A stretch of DNA of 30,746 bases. Source: a virus. Lineage: Duplodnaviria > Caudoviricetes. Position numbers and translations under genes: made by a program. The stretch is taken from positions 1 through 30,746 of IMG/VR virus record IMGVR_UViG_3300024038_000024, one strand, 5' to 3'. Positions 16,864 through 26,040 of this stretch are shown piece after piece; position 1 is the stretch's first letter; each line of letters starts with the position of its first letter. The notes under the pieces are model-generated. The model was not told the origin of the DNA, did not search any database, and was given only the letters and a program-made list of their open reading frames with translations.

Positions 16864-17244
16864 TCAGTCCTGCCACTGCGGGAGCTTTTCCAGGTTGAAG
16901 GAAATCCGGCAGGCTGCAGCGCTCACCCAGGCGAACGCGAGCGGTGTGGAGAAGCGCCAGATCTCCTCCGCGCAGTCGGGCGGTACCCGGATGCGCGTCG
17001 GCTGCGTGCCGCCCTGGCAGCGCACGGTGTACCACTCGCGCCAGAAAGGGACCTCGGCCGCGAGGACCGTGACCGAGGCCTGGCCCTGGCGGATCGGTTG
17101 CGTTGCGCGGCGCCGTGCCTTGATGGTCTGTCCATCGTCCATAGCGGTGCGCAGCGTCAGCGAGTCGGCGGTCGTCTCGTTGAAGGTCTGCAGGCTGCCG
17201 TGGATCTCGGCCGGCCGGGTGGCGACGAATCCGGCGTAAGGCAT
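16864..17244 (-). CDS. Distal tail (Dit-like) protein, 126 aa
   Basis: LRTAMDDG..KARRRAT motif; TGATG overlap with the tape-measure stop. Confidence 0.82.
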   Translation of the reverse strand: MPYAGFVATRPAEIHGSLQTFNETTADSLTLRTAMDDGQTIKARRRATQPIRQGQASVTVLAAEVPFWREWYTVRCQGGTQPTRIRVPPDCAEEIWRFSTPLAFAWVSAAACRISFNLEKLPQWQD

Positions 17245-19313
17245 CAGGCCACCGCCTTTCGGTTGACCCCGAAGTTGCCGCGCATCGACTGGTCCATGCT
17301 GCCGTCCGCGAACGCGGAGCGCATCTCGCGGCGAATGGTGAGTGTGATCTCGCGCGTGCCGTCTGCCTTCTGGTTCTCGGCGACATCGACGTCGGTGGAC
17401 GGGGCGTAATTGTTGACTGTGACCGCGACCGGTGCGGCCGCGCTGCCCCGTGAGAGGCTTGCGAACGGGATGATTGCGGCCGAGCTGGTGGTTGTGCTCG
17501 AGGTGGCACTCGCCGTGCTCGCTTGCAGGCCGGTGGCAGGGGGCGCCGGGCTTTGCACGCTTGCAGTCCGGGGTGCGAGACCGAGCAGCTTGCTCGAGCC
17601 GGGATACACGGCTTCCAGCGCGCGCAGTGCGAGCTCGAGGAGGGCGATGTTCAAGAGCGCCTTGGCGATCGATTTGGCGAGACCCGCTGCCCAATCCTGC
17701 CAGGAGTCGGCATTGCCGAGCAGCGCGTCGGAGAGCTGCTCGATCCCGCTGCTGACAAGGTTGCCCATAGCGGTTTCGAGCGCCGTGCTCTTCTCCGCGG
17801 CGGCATCCACGGCCGGCCCGTAGGCTGAATTCATCGTGTCGGCCGCCTGCGCCGCGGCCTTGTCGTAGACCTCGAAGGAGATCGCGCCGGCATCGAGCAG
17901 CTTGGCCAACTCGTTGAGCCGCTCGTTGTAAGCGGCCATCGGGTCGACCTGCAGCGTCAGTGCTTTGCCTTGCTCCTTGAGCTGCTCGTTGAGTTTGCGC
18001 TGCGCCTCGGCCGCTGGGTCGGCGATTGCGCGCAATTGCTCCATCTTGTCCGCGATCTCGTCGAACGAGACGCCCAGGGACATGAGCCAGGTGATCGTGT
18101 TCTCGTCGGCCAGGACGCTGAGGATCGCGCCCGAGGCCTGGCGTTTCTCGCTCAGGTCGATGAGCTCCTTGAATGCCTTCGTGAGCGGGTCGAGTTCCTC
18201 CTTGACCTTCTTGACCTTCTTCGCTTCGCCACCGAGGACGCCGAATGCCTTCGCCATCGCGTTGGCGTTCTTGGTGACCTGCTCCTGGTCCTTCGTCACC
18301 TCCTCGGGCGGGGTGACGGCTTTCCACATGTCGGTGATGGCTTTTGAGGTGTCCTTGGCCACCGAGCCCACGTCCGACCAGCCGTCCTTGAAGGTCTGCC
18401 AGGCCCCGGCGAAGTCCCCGGAGAACACCTGCTGATTGACCGCCAGCACCATGCCGAGATACGTGCCGATCGCCTTGAACACGCCGATAACGGCGATGCC
18501 GGCAGAGACGATGCCCTTGAAGGCGCCACCGATCACTTGGCCGAAGTCCTGCCACTGGTTGCTCGTGGAGAGCATGTTCGCGAAGGAGCGCGCGAGGTCC
18601 TGCAGCGCCGGCAGCATGCCGATCGTGATCTGCGTGAGGACGCCCTTGCCGGCGGCCTGGATCTCGGAGAGCGCGTCGTTGAAGTCCTCGGCCTTCTTCG
18701 TTGTGTCGCCATCGAGCACGATGCCCAGCTCGGCGGCCCGGTTCTTGAGCTCGTCGATGCCGGAGGCGCCCTCGTTGAGGAGCGGGATGAGTTCCTTGCC
18801 AGCCTTGCCGAAGAGCTCGAGCGCGAGGGCGGTCTTCTTGGCACTGTCCGGTACCGCCGCAAAGCCATCCGCGATCTTGGCCAGCGCCTGGTCCGCCGTA
18901 TCGCCACCACTCACGCCCAGGGCGGCGAGGGCCTTGCCGGCGTTGCTGGTCTGGTTCTCGACGTCCTGCAGGTTCTGCGAGAGCTTGCCCAGCGACGTCT
19001 GCAGCGTCTCGAAGCTGACGCCCGACATGTCCGCGGCGAAGGCCAGCGCAGAGAGCGACTCGACCGAGGTGCCGACCTTCTGCGCGGCCTTGGACATCTC
19101 GTCCATGCCATCGATGACCTGGCGGAAGGCGCCCGTCACCGCAGAGGACGCCACTGCGGCCACGAGCGCGACGCCGAACTTCGTGATCAGCGCGCTTGAG
19201 CTCGCCACCGACTTGTTGAGCTTGTCGAGCTGAGAGTTGACGTCCTGCATGCCCTGAGTGAACTGGGCGCTTTGCAGCTCGAGCTGGACCTGGAGGGCGG
19301 CAAGATCGGCCAT
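17244..19313 (-). CDS. Tail tape measure protein (689 aa)
   Basis: Ala-rich helical protein; LAALQVQLEL..AQF N-terminus, ALELFGKAGKELIPLLNEG, VTVNNYAP C-terminus; synteny. Confidence 0.93.
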   Translation of the reverse strand: MADLAALQVQLELQSAQFTQGMQDVNSQLDKLNKSVASSSALITKFGVALVAAVASSAVTGAFRQVIDGMDEMSKAAQKVGTSVESLSALAFAADMSGVSFETLQTSLGKLSQNLQDVENQTSNAGKALAALGVSGGDTADQALAKIADGFAAVPDSAKKTALALELFGKAGKELIPLLNEGASGIDELKNRAAELGIVLDGDTTKKAEDFNDALSEIQAAGKGVLTQITIGMLPALQDLARSFANMLSTSNQWQDFGQVIGGAFKGIVSAGIAVIGVFKAIGTYLGMVLAVNQQVFSGDFAGAWQTFKDGWSDVGSVAKDTSKAITDMWKAVTPPEEVTKDQEQVTKNANAMAKAFGVLGGEAKKVKKVKEELDPLTKAFKELIDLSEKRQASGAILSVLADENTITWLMSLGVSFDEIADKMEQLRAIADPAAEAQRKLNEQLKEQGKALTLQVDPMAAYNERLNELAKLLDAGAISFEVYDKAAAQAADTMNSAYGPAVDAAAEKSTALETAMGNLVSSGIEQLSDALLGNADSWQDWAAGLAKSIAKALLNIALLELALRALEAVYPGSSKLLGLAPRTASVQSPAPPATGLQASTASATSSTTTSSAAIIPFASLSRGSAAAPVAVTVNNYAPSTDVDVAENQKADGTREITLTIRREMRSAFADGSMDQSMRGNFGVNRKAVA

Positions 19314-19315
19314 GG

Positions 19316-19756
19316 TCAGCGCGCCTTGTTCTTCGCGAGCGTCTTGCGGTGGATCCGGCGCGCCTGGGCATACACGGCGTTGCGGGTCTCATCGATGATG
19401 AGCTGCGCGAGTGCTTCCTTCTGCGCGAGGTAGGGCTGCAGGAGGAAGGGGCGCAGGGGACCACCGCGGCGCGAGGGCATCTCGAGCGTCTTGTAGTAGC
19501 TGCGCACCACACGCTCGCCGCGGGCCTTGGAGAGCCCGACGAAAAGTCGGGCCGAGGTGCCGCGCACCTTGCCGCCTCGGACCTTGACCGCGCTGTCGAG
19601 GCGCCCGGTCCGGTGCGGTACCTGGATCGAGGCGCGCAGCTTGCGCCCCGCCTTACGCAGGCCGGTGCGTGCCGCGGCTTCGATCACGATCTGCGGGTAG
19701 GTCTCCAGCAGGGCCTGGAGTTCCTTGCAGCCGTTGAGCTGGAGGGAGGCGGTCAT
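19316..19756 (-). CDS. HK97 gp10-like tail completion protein
   Basis: LNGCKEL..LL, P.RTGRL..AVK, RPFL motifs; ATGA overlap. Confidence 0.75.
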   Translation of the reverse strand: MTASLQLNGCKELQALLETYPQIVIEAAARTGLRKAGRKLRASIQVPHRTGRLDSAVKVRGGKVRGTSARLFVGLSKARGERVVRSYYKTLEMPSRRGGPLRPFLLQPYLAQKEALAQLIIDETRNAVYAQARRIHRKTLAKNKAR

Positions 19757-19953
19757 GAGGGGAACATCCTCGCCATGTCCTCGGGCGTGGCGTCGGCGAG
19801 GTTCACCACTGGCGGCTCGCCCGGCCTGGGCTTCGCGCTCAGGTATCGAACCCACTCGAGGTACTCGCTCACCGTCATCGCCCGCTCCAGTTCGCCCACC
19901 GTCATGTGCAAGTGTTCGGCCAGCGCAAACACACTCGTGCGCGCTGGGCTCAT
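19753..19953 (-). CDS. Tail assembly chaperone, frameshifted C-terminal part (gpT-like)
   Basis: FALAEHLHMTVGELERAMTVSEYLEW motif; in the -1 frame relative to the upstream chaperone. Confidence 0.85.
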   Translation of the reverse strand: MSPARTSVFALAEHLHMTVGELERAMTVSEYLEWVRYLSAKPRPGEPPVVNLADATPEDMARMFPS

Positions 19954-20171
19954 TCCTTTTTTGGGAAGAGCTCGTTACTCACCCGCGTCATGAGCGGCAC
20001 CACGTGCTGCAGGGGAATCCTCGCTCCCTGGGCCACGCCGTCGCGGTAGATGCAGACCTTGAGGAGCTCGGCGACCAAGGCCTTGGGAGCGTCCGACAAT
20101 TCGAAGAACCGCGGAAACTCCTCGAGCGTCGGCATGCGGATCTCGTACTCTTCAAGCGTGACATCGCTCAT
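19950..20171 (-). CDS. Tail assembly chaperone (gpG-like, 73 aa)
   Basis: Between tail tube and tape measure; GAGGGA RBS; ends at the slippery site. Confidence 0.8.
   Translation of the reverse strand: MSDVTLEEYEIRMPTLEEFPRFFELSDAPKALVAELLKVCIYRDGVAQGARIPLQHVVPLMTRVSNELFPKKE
19956..19965 (-). other. Programmed -1 ribosomal frameshift site C CCA AAA AAG
   Basis: Minus strand TTC CCA AAA AAG GAA TGA; a -1 slip reads AAA AAA GGA ATG AGC CCA into the downstream ORF. Confidence 0.85.
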
Positions 20172-20192
20172 GACTTCCCTCTTTGCATGGGG

Positions 20193-20252
20193 TGGGCGGG
20201 ACCTGCCGGAGATGGGGACCGCGGCGACCTTGCGGTATTGCCGTCCCGCCCA
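20193..20252 (-). promoter_or_regulatory. Structured RNA element after the tail tube gene
   Basis: 10-bp outer stem 20193-20202/20243-20252 with inner helices; no U-tract. Confidence 0.55.
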
Positions 20253-20256
20253 TTGA

Positions 20257-20916
20257 TCAGGAATGCACCCAGCGGATCTTGCTGGTCTGGGTGCCCGAAA
20301 CCGTCCAGCCGTACGCACCCTCGAGCGGCACGGTGATGGAGAAGCCAGCGAGCGAGAGCTTGCCGACGAGGTAGCCGTTACCCGTTCCCGGGATCACGAC
20401 CTCGAAGTAGCGCGGCTGCTGGTCGTCGGATGCGCGCTGGACCTCCTCGAGGCCCGCGTCGTCGGTGTCGAGGAAGCCTGAGAACGTGACGGTCCCCGGC
20501 GTGGCCTTGCCCGGAATCTGGGCGGACGGATCGCAGAAGGTGCCCACGTCGATCTGGTTCACCGAGTCCGCGCCGAACTCCATCTGCGAGAGGCAGAGCT
20601 TCGCCTGGTCGGCCGCGACGTAGATGTCGGCGGTGGGGCTCGCGTTCAGCGTGCCCGAGCTCGTCGTCGTATCGGCGCCCACGACGGTGAAGTCCGTGGC
20701 CGTCACGGTCCCGACGACGAGCAGCTTGTTGTCGAGCTCGGGAAAACCCACCACGCCGAACTCGACCAGGTCGCCCGCGGTGATGCCCGCGGTGTCCGCG
20801 ACCGTGACGACAGGCGGGTCGGCCTTGGTGATGGCGGTCGGCGCCACCTCGATGGGCGTGTTGTCCGCGATGGTGAGGTAGGCGTTGGTGCCTTTGGTGT
20901 TGATGATGCCGGACAT
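20257..20916 (-). CDS. Major tail tube protein
   Basis: ITKADPPVVT beta-sandwich insertion, IDVGTFCD..QIPG...PGTVTFSGF; AGGAGG RBS; synteny. Confidence 0.88.
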   Translation of the reverse strand: MSGIINTKGTNAYLTIADNTPIEVAPTAITKADPPVVTVADTAGITAGDLVEFGVVGFPELDNKLLVVGTVTATDFTVVGADTTTSSGTLNASPTADIYVAADQAKLCLSQMEFGADSVNQIDVGTFCDPSAQIPGKATPGTVTFSGFLDTDDAGLEEVQRASDDQQPRYFEVVIPGTGNGYLVGKLSLAGFSITVPLEGAYGWTVSGTQTSKIRWVHS

Positions 20917-20927
20917 GGTGAGGCCTC

Positions 20928-21314
20928 CTATGACAGGTAGGAATAGTCGAACGTGATGTCCACCTGGAAGGCGGGGACTCCCTGCCCCTCGAAGTCATCC
21001 GGGGCGCTGCGGTTGGTGACGACAAGCCGGGCGGCCGGGTCGGTCATGCCCATGAAGGTGGCGGCGTCCTGTTCGGCGGCGGCGATGACTTCGGCGTCAC
21101 CGACGCCCGGACGGCCCAGCCACGACAAAGTGATGGTCCCCGTCTCGGTGTACTGCTCGCAGAAGGTGATCCGCTCCCGGCCGGTCTGGTCGAACTGGAC
21201 CGTGACCCAGAGCGGGACGTCGGGGTTCTGCTCCTCGTTGATCGTCTCGACGAAGGGCGTGGACAGGCTCGGCATCCAGCTGCGGACGAGGTTGCGGACG
21301 TAGGCACTGGACAT
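20928..21314 (-). CDS. Putative tail terminator protein
   Basis: Position immediately before the tail tube; W.TVQF...ETGTI...PGVG pattern. Confidence 0.65.
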   Translation of the reverse strand: MSSAYVRNLVRSWMPSLSTPFVETINEEQNPDVPLWVTVQFDQTGRERITFCEQYTETGTITLSWLGRPGVGDAEVIAAAEQDAATFMGMTDPAARLVVTNRSAPDDFEGQGVPAFQVDITFDYSYLS

Positions 21315-21317
21315 GGC

Positions 21318-21641
21318 CTATTTCCCCTTCGCGAAGCAGCGCCAGCCCATGAGCTCACCGGTGCCTTCTTCGTGCAGCGGGATGACGGTGTCGAGCGCGT
21401 AACGCTCATCGCCCGTCACGATCGCGTCGAAGCGCTCCGGCGCCTGGGGCAGGGCGGTCACCAAGAGGACGAACTCGCGGCCGTTCACGCCATAGGCCTG
21501 CACGATCGACTCTGTCGCCTTGGACGTGGATTGCGACAGCATTCGCGGGACGACGGTCTCGACGTTAGGGGCCTTGGCCTGGATGTGCGTAGCCGATTGC
21601 CCGAGCGCCTGGATGAGGAGCTGAAGCCCGCGGCGCGTCAT
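21318..21641 (-). CDS. Putative head-closure / head-tail joining protein (107 aa)
   Basis: ATGA overlap with the adaptor gene; size, beta-rich pattern and synteny. Confidence 0.6.
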   Translation of the reverse strand: MTRRGLQLLIQALGQSATHIQAKAPNVETVVPRMLSQSTSKATESIVQAYGVNGREFVLLVTALPQAPERFDAIVTGDERYALDTVIPLHEEGTGELMGWRCFAKGK

Positions 21642-22267
21642 GCCCAGAGTCTCGCGAACGGGTTGAGCGCGAAAGCGATCTGCGCGGGAATGCCGCCGGC
21701 GCTGGCCGCAATCGAGAGCGCGCTCCCGGTGTCGTACTCCACGCGCATGCCGTCGATGCTCGTCGCCTTCACCAGGCCCGCCGCGGCGGTGGACCCCACA
21801 TCGAAGGTCTGCGACCAGGTCACCGAGAAGAGCGCACTGAGCGCCAGCGTAAGCGCCGGCTCGTCCGGCACCTCGACCGTGTAACCCACCCTCAGCTGGT
21901 GGAAGCCGCGCCGGCCGTCGAAGTAGATGAGGCCGGTCTCGGCATCGACGTGGTAGTCGCCGACCGCGACCGAGTTCTCGTCGGTGATGCTTTCGATGAT
22001 CGTGGGCGGATAGGCACACAGGCTCACCGAGGCCACGCCCCACGCATGCGTGAAGATCTCGACGTAAGCGCCGTCGCGCAGGAAGCGGTTGAGGTAGGTC
22101 TCGGCCCAGGCGCAGGCGATCTGCCAGGCCTGGGTGATGTCTGGGTCGCGAGTCGTGTCATTGGGCAGCAGACCGATGCGCTGACGCAGGAGCGGCATGG
22201 GCGGGGCGATCACGTCCTCGATGGCCGGCACCGTGCGTTGGGGGACGGGATTCGGGCTCGGCGTCAT
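21638..22267 (-). CDS. Head-tail connector/adaptor (HK97 gp6-like, extended)
   Basis: D.DI...A..WAETYLNR, YTV, SIDGMRVEY, IPAQI..ALNPF motifs. Confidence 0.8.
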   Translation of the reverse strand: MTPSPNPVPQRTVPAIEDVIAPPMPLLRQRIGLLPNDTTRDPDITQAWQIACAWAETYLNRFLRDGAYVEIFTHAWGVASVSLCAYPPTIIESITDENSVAVGDYHVDAETGLIYFDGRRGFHQLRVGYTVEVPDEPALTLALSALFSVTWSQTFDVGSTAAAGLVKATSIDGMRVEYDTGSALSIAASAGGIPAQIAFALNPFARLWA

Positions 22268-22974
22268 TGGCCACCCCACTCGAAGCCGGCGACCTGCACC
22301 TCGACCGTGCTGCCATCTTCGGCCACCAGGGTGAGTCCCTCGGGCGAGAGCATGCCTCCAACGAAGCTGCGGCCGTCCATGCCGCGCTCACCGCGCTCAC
22401 CCTTCTCGCCACGGTCCCCCTTTTCGCCACGGTCGCCGCGCTGGCCTCGCTGCACGATCATCCGCGGTTCGCCCGCGGTGCCTTGAAGGAAGAGGGACCC
22501 GCCATCGATGTAGAAGTCGCCCGCCTTGAGCGTGGCGGCATCGGGCTTGAGCCCGCGCCAACGCCAGCCCGCGGTACCGACGCGCTCCCACGCGGACTCG
22601 TTCTCGCCCGGTTCCGCCGCGGTGTCGGTGAGTGCCCGGTAGTACTGGCCGAAGTGATGCGTGACGACCGAGCCCTCCCGATAGACCTTCGTCTCCGACC
22701 AAGTCGGGGCATCGATGCCGGCGCCGTCCTCGCCGGCGGCGCCGGGTTCGCCCGCGATTCCGCCAGCACCAGCGGTACCGGCGTCTCCGCGAGCGTCCTG
22801 CATGAATCCGGTGTCGGCCTTGAGCGCAGTCACCACGTCATCGATGTTCACCTCGATCGCCTCGGGCTCTGGCACGGCTCGCGCGGCGAGCGCTTCGAGC
22901 TGCTTCTCGAGCGCGAGGATGCGATCGACCAGCGGCTCGAGCGCTTGCGCGAGTGCCTTCTCCATCGTGCTCAT
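22264..22974 (-). CDS. Collagen-repeat virion protein with a CBM5/12-like aromatic module
   Basis: G-X-Y runs (GEPGAAGEDG; GQRGDRGEKGDRGEKGERGERGMDG) flanking PTWSETKVYREGSVVTH..QYYRAL...AEPG...W. Confidence 0.75.
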   Translation of the reverse strand: MSTMEKALAQALEPLVDRILALEKQLEALAARAVPEPEAIEVNIDDVVTALKADTGFMQDARGDAGTAGAGGIAGEPGAAGEDGAGIDAPTWSETKVYREGSVVTHHFGQYYRALTDTAAEPGENESAWERVGTAGWRWRGLKPDAATLKAGDFYIDGGSLFLQGTAGEPRMIVQRGQRGDRGEKGDRGEKGERGERGMDGRSFVGGMLSPEGLTLVAEDGSTVEVQVAGFEWGGQ

Positions 22975-24362
22975 GCTGCGGCCCTCTTGTCGGCAATCAT
23001 CGCCACGACCAAGGCTCGCGCGAGACTGCCGTCGATACTCTTGGCCTCATCGGCGGCCGGCGTCGGCTCGGGAGTCGGGGACGGGGCGGGGCTCGGCGCG
23101 GGTGCAGGAGCGATCTCGGCGCGGTGCAGGTCGTGCAACAGATCGATCGGGACCTGCTGTTGCTGTTGGGTCGGCATCCGGCCATAGCCCCCGGGGACCG
23201 GCGGATAGCCCAGGGTGGCGCGCGCCTCGTCCAGTGCGAGCACGCCCGACACGGCACCGGTGGAGGCGGACTCCATGCGGCTCGCGTAGTCCATCCGCGA
23301 GAGCTCGCGCGTGTCGAGCTCGGAGAACTCGTTGTCGGGTAGTCCGAAGAGGCGGTCGATCGAGAGCTCGATCATGTCGATGAGCGCAGCGAGACCGGTG
23401 GCGAGCCAGGTGTTCACCAGCTGCTCGACATTGCTTGCGGTCTCGTCGATACCGAGGAGCGACTTCGGGATCCGGAACGCTCGCGCGATGTCCTCGACGG
23501 TCAGGTTGAAGGTGTCGACCAGCAGATCGTCGCCCGGCGGCACGCCCATGGCTTGCGGCTTCAGGCCCCAGCCGAGGATCGGCGTTCCGCCGCTGGCGAG
23601 CTGGACGCTCTGCTCCTTCCAGGCTTCGCGCAGCTGGAGCATCTGCTCCTTGCTGAGCTTCTCGTCCGAGGAGAGCACGTAGGAAGGCGAGCCCCGGTTA
23701 TTGAGGAAGGCCGCCAGAAAGGCCGAAAGCGTGGCGTTGACGGTGAGGCTTTGCGCGCAATGCACCAGCGGGCTCTGCCCCTGGAGCGGATCGCGTGCGT
23801 CGGCATTGATACGCAGATGCATGACGTCGCGCGCCGGTACCAGGAACTCCGGCTCGAGGCGAGCGCCGGGCTTCGTCGTCTGGACCGCGTAGAAGACGGC
23901 CCCGGTCTCCGGGTCGATATAGACCGAGTAGCCCTGCGCCCACCAGGTCTGGAGGACGTCGCCGTCTCCGCTCTTGTCACGCACGGCAAAGGCGACCACG
24001 TTCCCCGTGTTCATGAGGTGACGCACGCCGGCGGAGAAGAATTCCGAGCGCGTCTGCAGGCTGTTCGGATTCACGAACCATTTCGCCAGCGACGTGCCGG
24101 TGCGGGCTTCCTTGGCACCGTTGGGCAAGCGCCTGAAGTGGCCGCCCGGCAGGAGCGAGACCGCGTCCGCGATCAGGCTCACCGCGGCGAAACGGGCGGC
24201 GACTGCATCTCTCACACCGGCCCGCAGGTTGCGCTGCCAGCCGTCCTCGAGCGGTCCCAAGGAAAACACATTGCCGAGCTCGCCCACGCCCATGAAGGGG
24301 CCGCGGGGCTGCGCTTCTGCGCCGCTGCTCCACCAGGACTTCAGGCGCGACACAAGCGTCAT
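22971..24362 (-). CDS. HK97-family portal protein (463 aa)
   Basis: IADAVSLLP, PNSLQTRSEF, DVMHLR, L.G.SPL, EDIARAFRIP..LLG, DEARA.LGYPPVPGG. Confidence 0.93.
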   Translation of the reverse strand: MTLVSRLKSWWSSGAEAQPRGPFMGVGELGNVFSLGPLEDGWQRNLRAGVRDAVAARFAAVSLIADAVSLLPGGHFRRLPNGAKEARTGTSLAKWFVNPNSLQTRSEFFSAGVRHLMNTGNVVAFAVRDKSGDGDVLQTWWAQGYSVYIDPETGAVFYAVQTTKPGARLEPEFLVPARDVMHLRINADARDPLQGQSPLVHCAQSLTVNATLSAFLAAFLNNRGSPSYVLSSDEKLSKEQMLQLREAWKEQSVQLASGGTPILGWGLKPQAMGVPPGDDLLVDTFNLTVEDIARAFRIPKSLLGIDETASNVEQLVNTWLATGLAALIDMIELSIDRLFGLPDNEFSELDTRELSRMDYASRMESASTGAVSGVLALDEARATLGYPPVPGGYGRMPTQQQQQVPIDLLHDLHRAEIAPAPAPSPAPSPTPEPTPAADEAKSIDGSLARALVVAMIADKRAAA

Positions 24363-24580
24363 TGCTTGCTCTTGCGCGGCCGCGCCGCCTTGCGTGGTGC
24401 GGGCTGCAGATCCGAAGTCCGGTAACCCGTGGCGGGCTCGACTTCGGCGGTGACCTCTTGGTACAGGTCGGGGCCGACCTTGCGAAGCGTGCCCTGGGCG
24501 AGGCCTTCCTCGAGTTCCTCCGCGTTGATGGGCGTGAGCTTCTTGCCGGAGGGTCCCGGCCGGATCACCAAGCGTGGCAT
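24359..24580 (-). CDS. Small head-region protein (73 aa)
   Basis: Between capsid and portal, ATGA-coupled to the portal; YRTSDL and basic tail. Confidence 0.65.
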   Translation of the reverse strand: MPRLVIRPGPSGKKLTPINAEELEEGLAQGTLRKVGPDLYQEVTAEVEPATGYRTSDLQPAPRKAARPRKSKQ

Positions 24581-24599
24581 GTTGCACCCCAGACGAAGT

Positions 24600-24629
24600 G
24601 GGGCGGGAATCGTGGGGATTGCCCGCCCC
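24600..24629 (-). promoter_or_regulatory. GC-rich hairpin after the capsid gene
   Basis: GGGGCGGG(C)AATC-CCCAC-GATTCCCGCCCC on the minus strand; no U-tract. Confidence 0.55.
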
Positions 24630-24636
24630 GGTTGGC

Positions 24637-26040
24637 TTACCAGGAGAGGCCGGTCGTAACCACGACGCCACCAGGGGCGACCGCACCCCACGAGGCGGGG
24701 AGGATGCTGCGCACGCCGATGGACCAGGTCTGCCACAGGCTGCGAGCGGTCGCGCCGGCAGCGGCGGGTCCTGCGCCACCGGATACCGGGATGCCGCCAT
24801 CGCGCGGCACCTGGCCAGCCGTGCCGATGATGCCGGCCGGGCCGGTGGCGTGCGTCGGCGCGGTGCCGTCCGAGTTGGCCTCGACGACAGTGGCCACATC
24901 GCTCACGTCGTACTCCGGCGGGTCGAAGGCGGTGACCAGCGTGGCCGCGTCGACCGTGTAGAGCGTTCCCTTCGGGACGTTCTGCGACACGATGATCGCG
25001 ATACCCAGCAGCCGGCCCGCGGCGACTTCGTCGCGGAAGACGAACTCCCCGAGCGGCGACTGCATGAGCCCGACCGACAGCGCGTCCTGGGTGTTGATCA
25101 GGAGCACCGGAGTCGTCCCCCGTCCGGCCGTGAGCAACGCGCCCACCGCCGCCTTGATGTCCGCGACGACTGCATCGCTTCCGCCACCGGCCGTACCAGT
25201 AAGCGGCGTCACTCCGTTGGCGATCCCGGCCGGCTGCACGCCCGCGACGGCCGCGGCGTTGGACAGGAAGATGCTGTCGAGGGTGACGCTCGTGTCGTCC
25301 AGAATGGCCTGGCGGATCACGGCCTCGATGCTCGGCGTGGAGCGTTGCGCGAGCTCCTTCGAGAACGTGCTGATGACGCCCATCTTGTAGCGGGCGATCG
25401 TCGATCCCGCGAGGGACATCTGGCCCAGGGGAATCGCGCCACCTTCACCGACGAATGCACCCGCCATGTTCGAACCGAGCGGGCCACGGGGGCCACGGCG
25501 CGGGACGGTAACGGACGTGAAGCCATCGAAGTTCAGGCTCAGCGTGCGGCCGGAAAGCGCCGCGGTCACGCTCAGGGGCGTGAGCAGGTTGATGAAGCCC
25601 TGGACGTCCGAGCGCGTTAGTTCCATCGCCCAGCCGGCGGTGAAGGTGGTGCCGATCGGCACGGCGGACTTGATCACGGCATCGAGCGCGCCGTTGCCCT
25701 TGTAGCGTTCGGCGGCGATGGCTTCCGGCGACGTCTTGCCGATGTGCGCGAGGAAGGCACACACGGCCTTCTTGGCCCACAGGTCCGCTGCGTCGGCCTT
25801 GGTGTTGTGGACGATGACCGGGCCCTGGGCGCGTGCGCGATCGGCGAGTGCTTGCTCGGCCTTCTCCAGCGTACCCAGCGTGGCGACATCCTTCTCGATC
25901 TGTCCGGAAAGGTCGTCGACGGTGGCGAGGATGGCGTCGTCGTCGGGGTTCGCGTCCAGATCCTTGGTGGCCTGGACGAGCTGATCCTTCTTGACGGCGA
26001 GTGCGGCTTTGGCCGCGGCAATACGTTCGGCGAGTGTCAT
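24637..26040 (-). CDS. Major capsid protein, HK97 fold with N-terminal coiled-coil delta domain (467 aa)
   Basis: AFVGEGGAIP, KMGVISTFSKEL..STPSIE, G.LLGI.IIVSQNVP, SLWQT motifs; ATGA overlap with the protease. Confidence 0.93.
   Translation of the reverse strand: MTLAERIAAAKAALAVKKDQLVQATKDLDANPDDDAILATVDDLSGQIEKDVATLGTLEKAEQALADRARAQGPVIVHNTKADAADLWAKKAVCAFLAHIGKTSPEAIAAERYKGNGALDAVIKSAVPIGTTFTAGWAMELTRSDVQGFINLLTPLSVTAALSGRTLSLNFDGFTSVTVPRRGPRGPLGSNMAGAFVGEGGAIPLGQMSLAGSTIARYKMGVISTFSKELAQRSTPSIEAVIRQAILDDTSVTLDSIFLSNAAAVAGVQPAGIANGVTPLTGTAGGGSDAVVADIKAAVGALLTAGRGTTPVLLINTQDALSVGLMQSPLGEFVFRDEVAAGRLLGIAIIVSQNVPKGTLYTVDAATLVTAFDPPEYDVSDVATVVEANSDGTAPTHATGPAGIIGTAGQVPRDGGIPVSGGAGPAAAGATARSLWQTWSIGVRSILPASWGAVAPGGVVVTTGLSW

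Noticed and set aside
16864-19512. 882-aa ORF overlapping the whole tape measure gene
   Set aside because: The Arg/Gly/His-rich upstream part is a stop-poor shadow frame caused by high GC3; only the last 126 aa (from ATG 17244) look like a real protein
22383-22445. Short 9/18-bp periodic repeats
   Set aside because: Explained by collagen G-X-Y codons; not a CRISPR or regulatory array
12069-25620. Numerous long plus-strand ORFs antisense to structural genes
   Set aside because: Expected in high-GC coding DNA; no recognisable motifs
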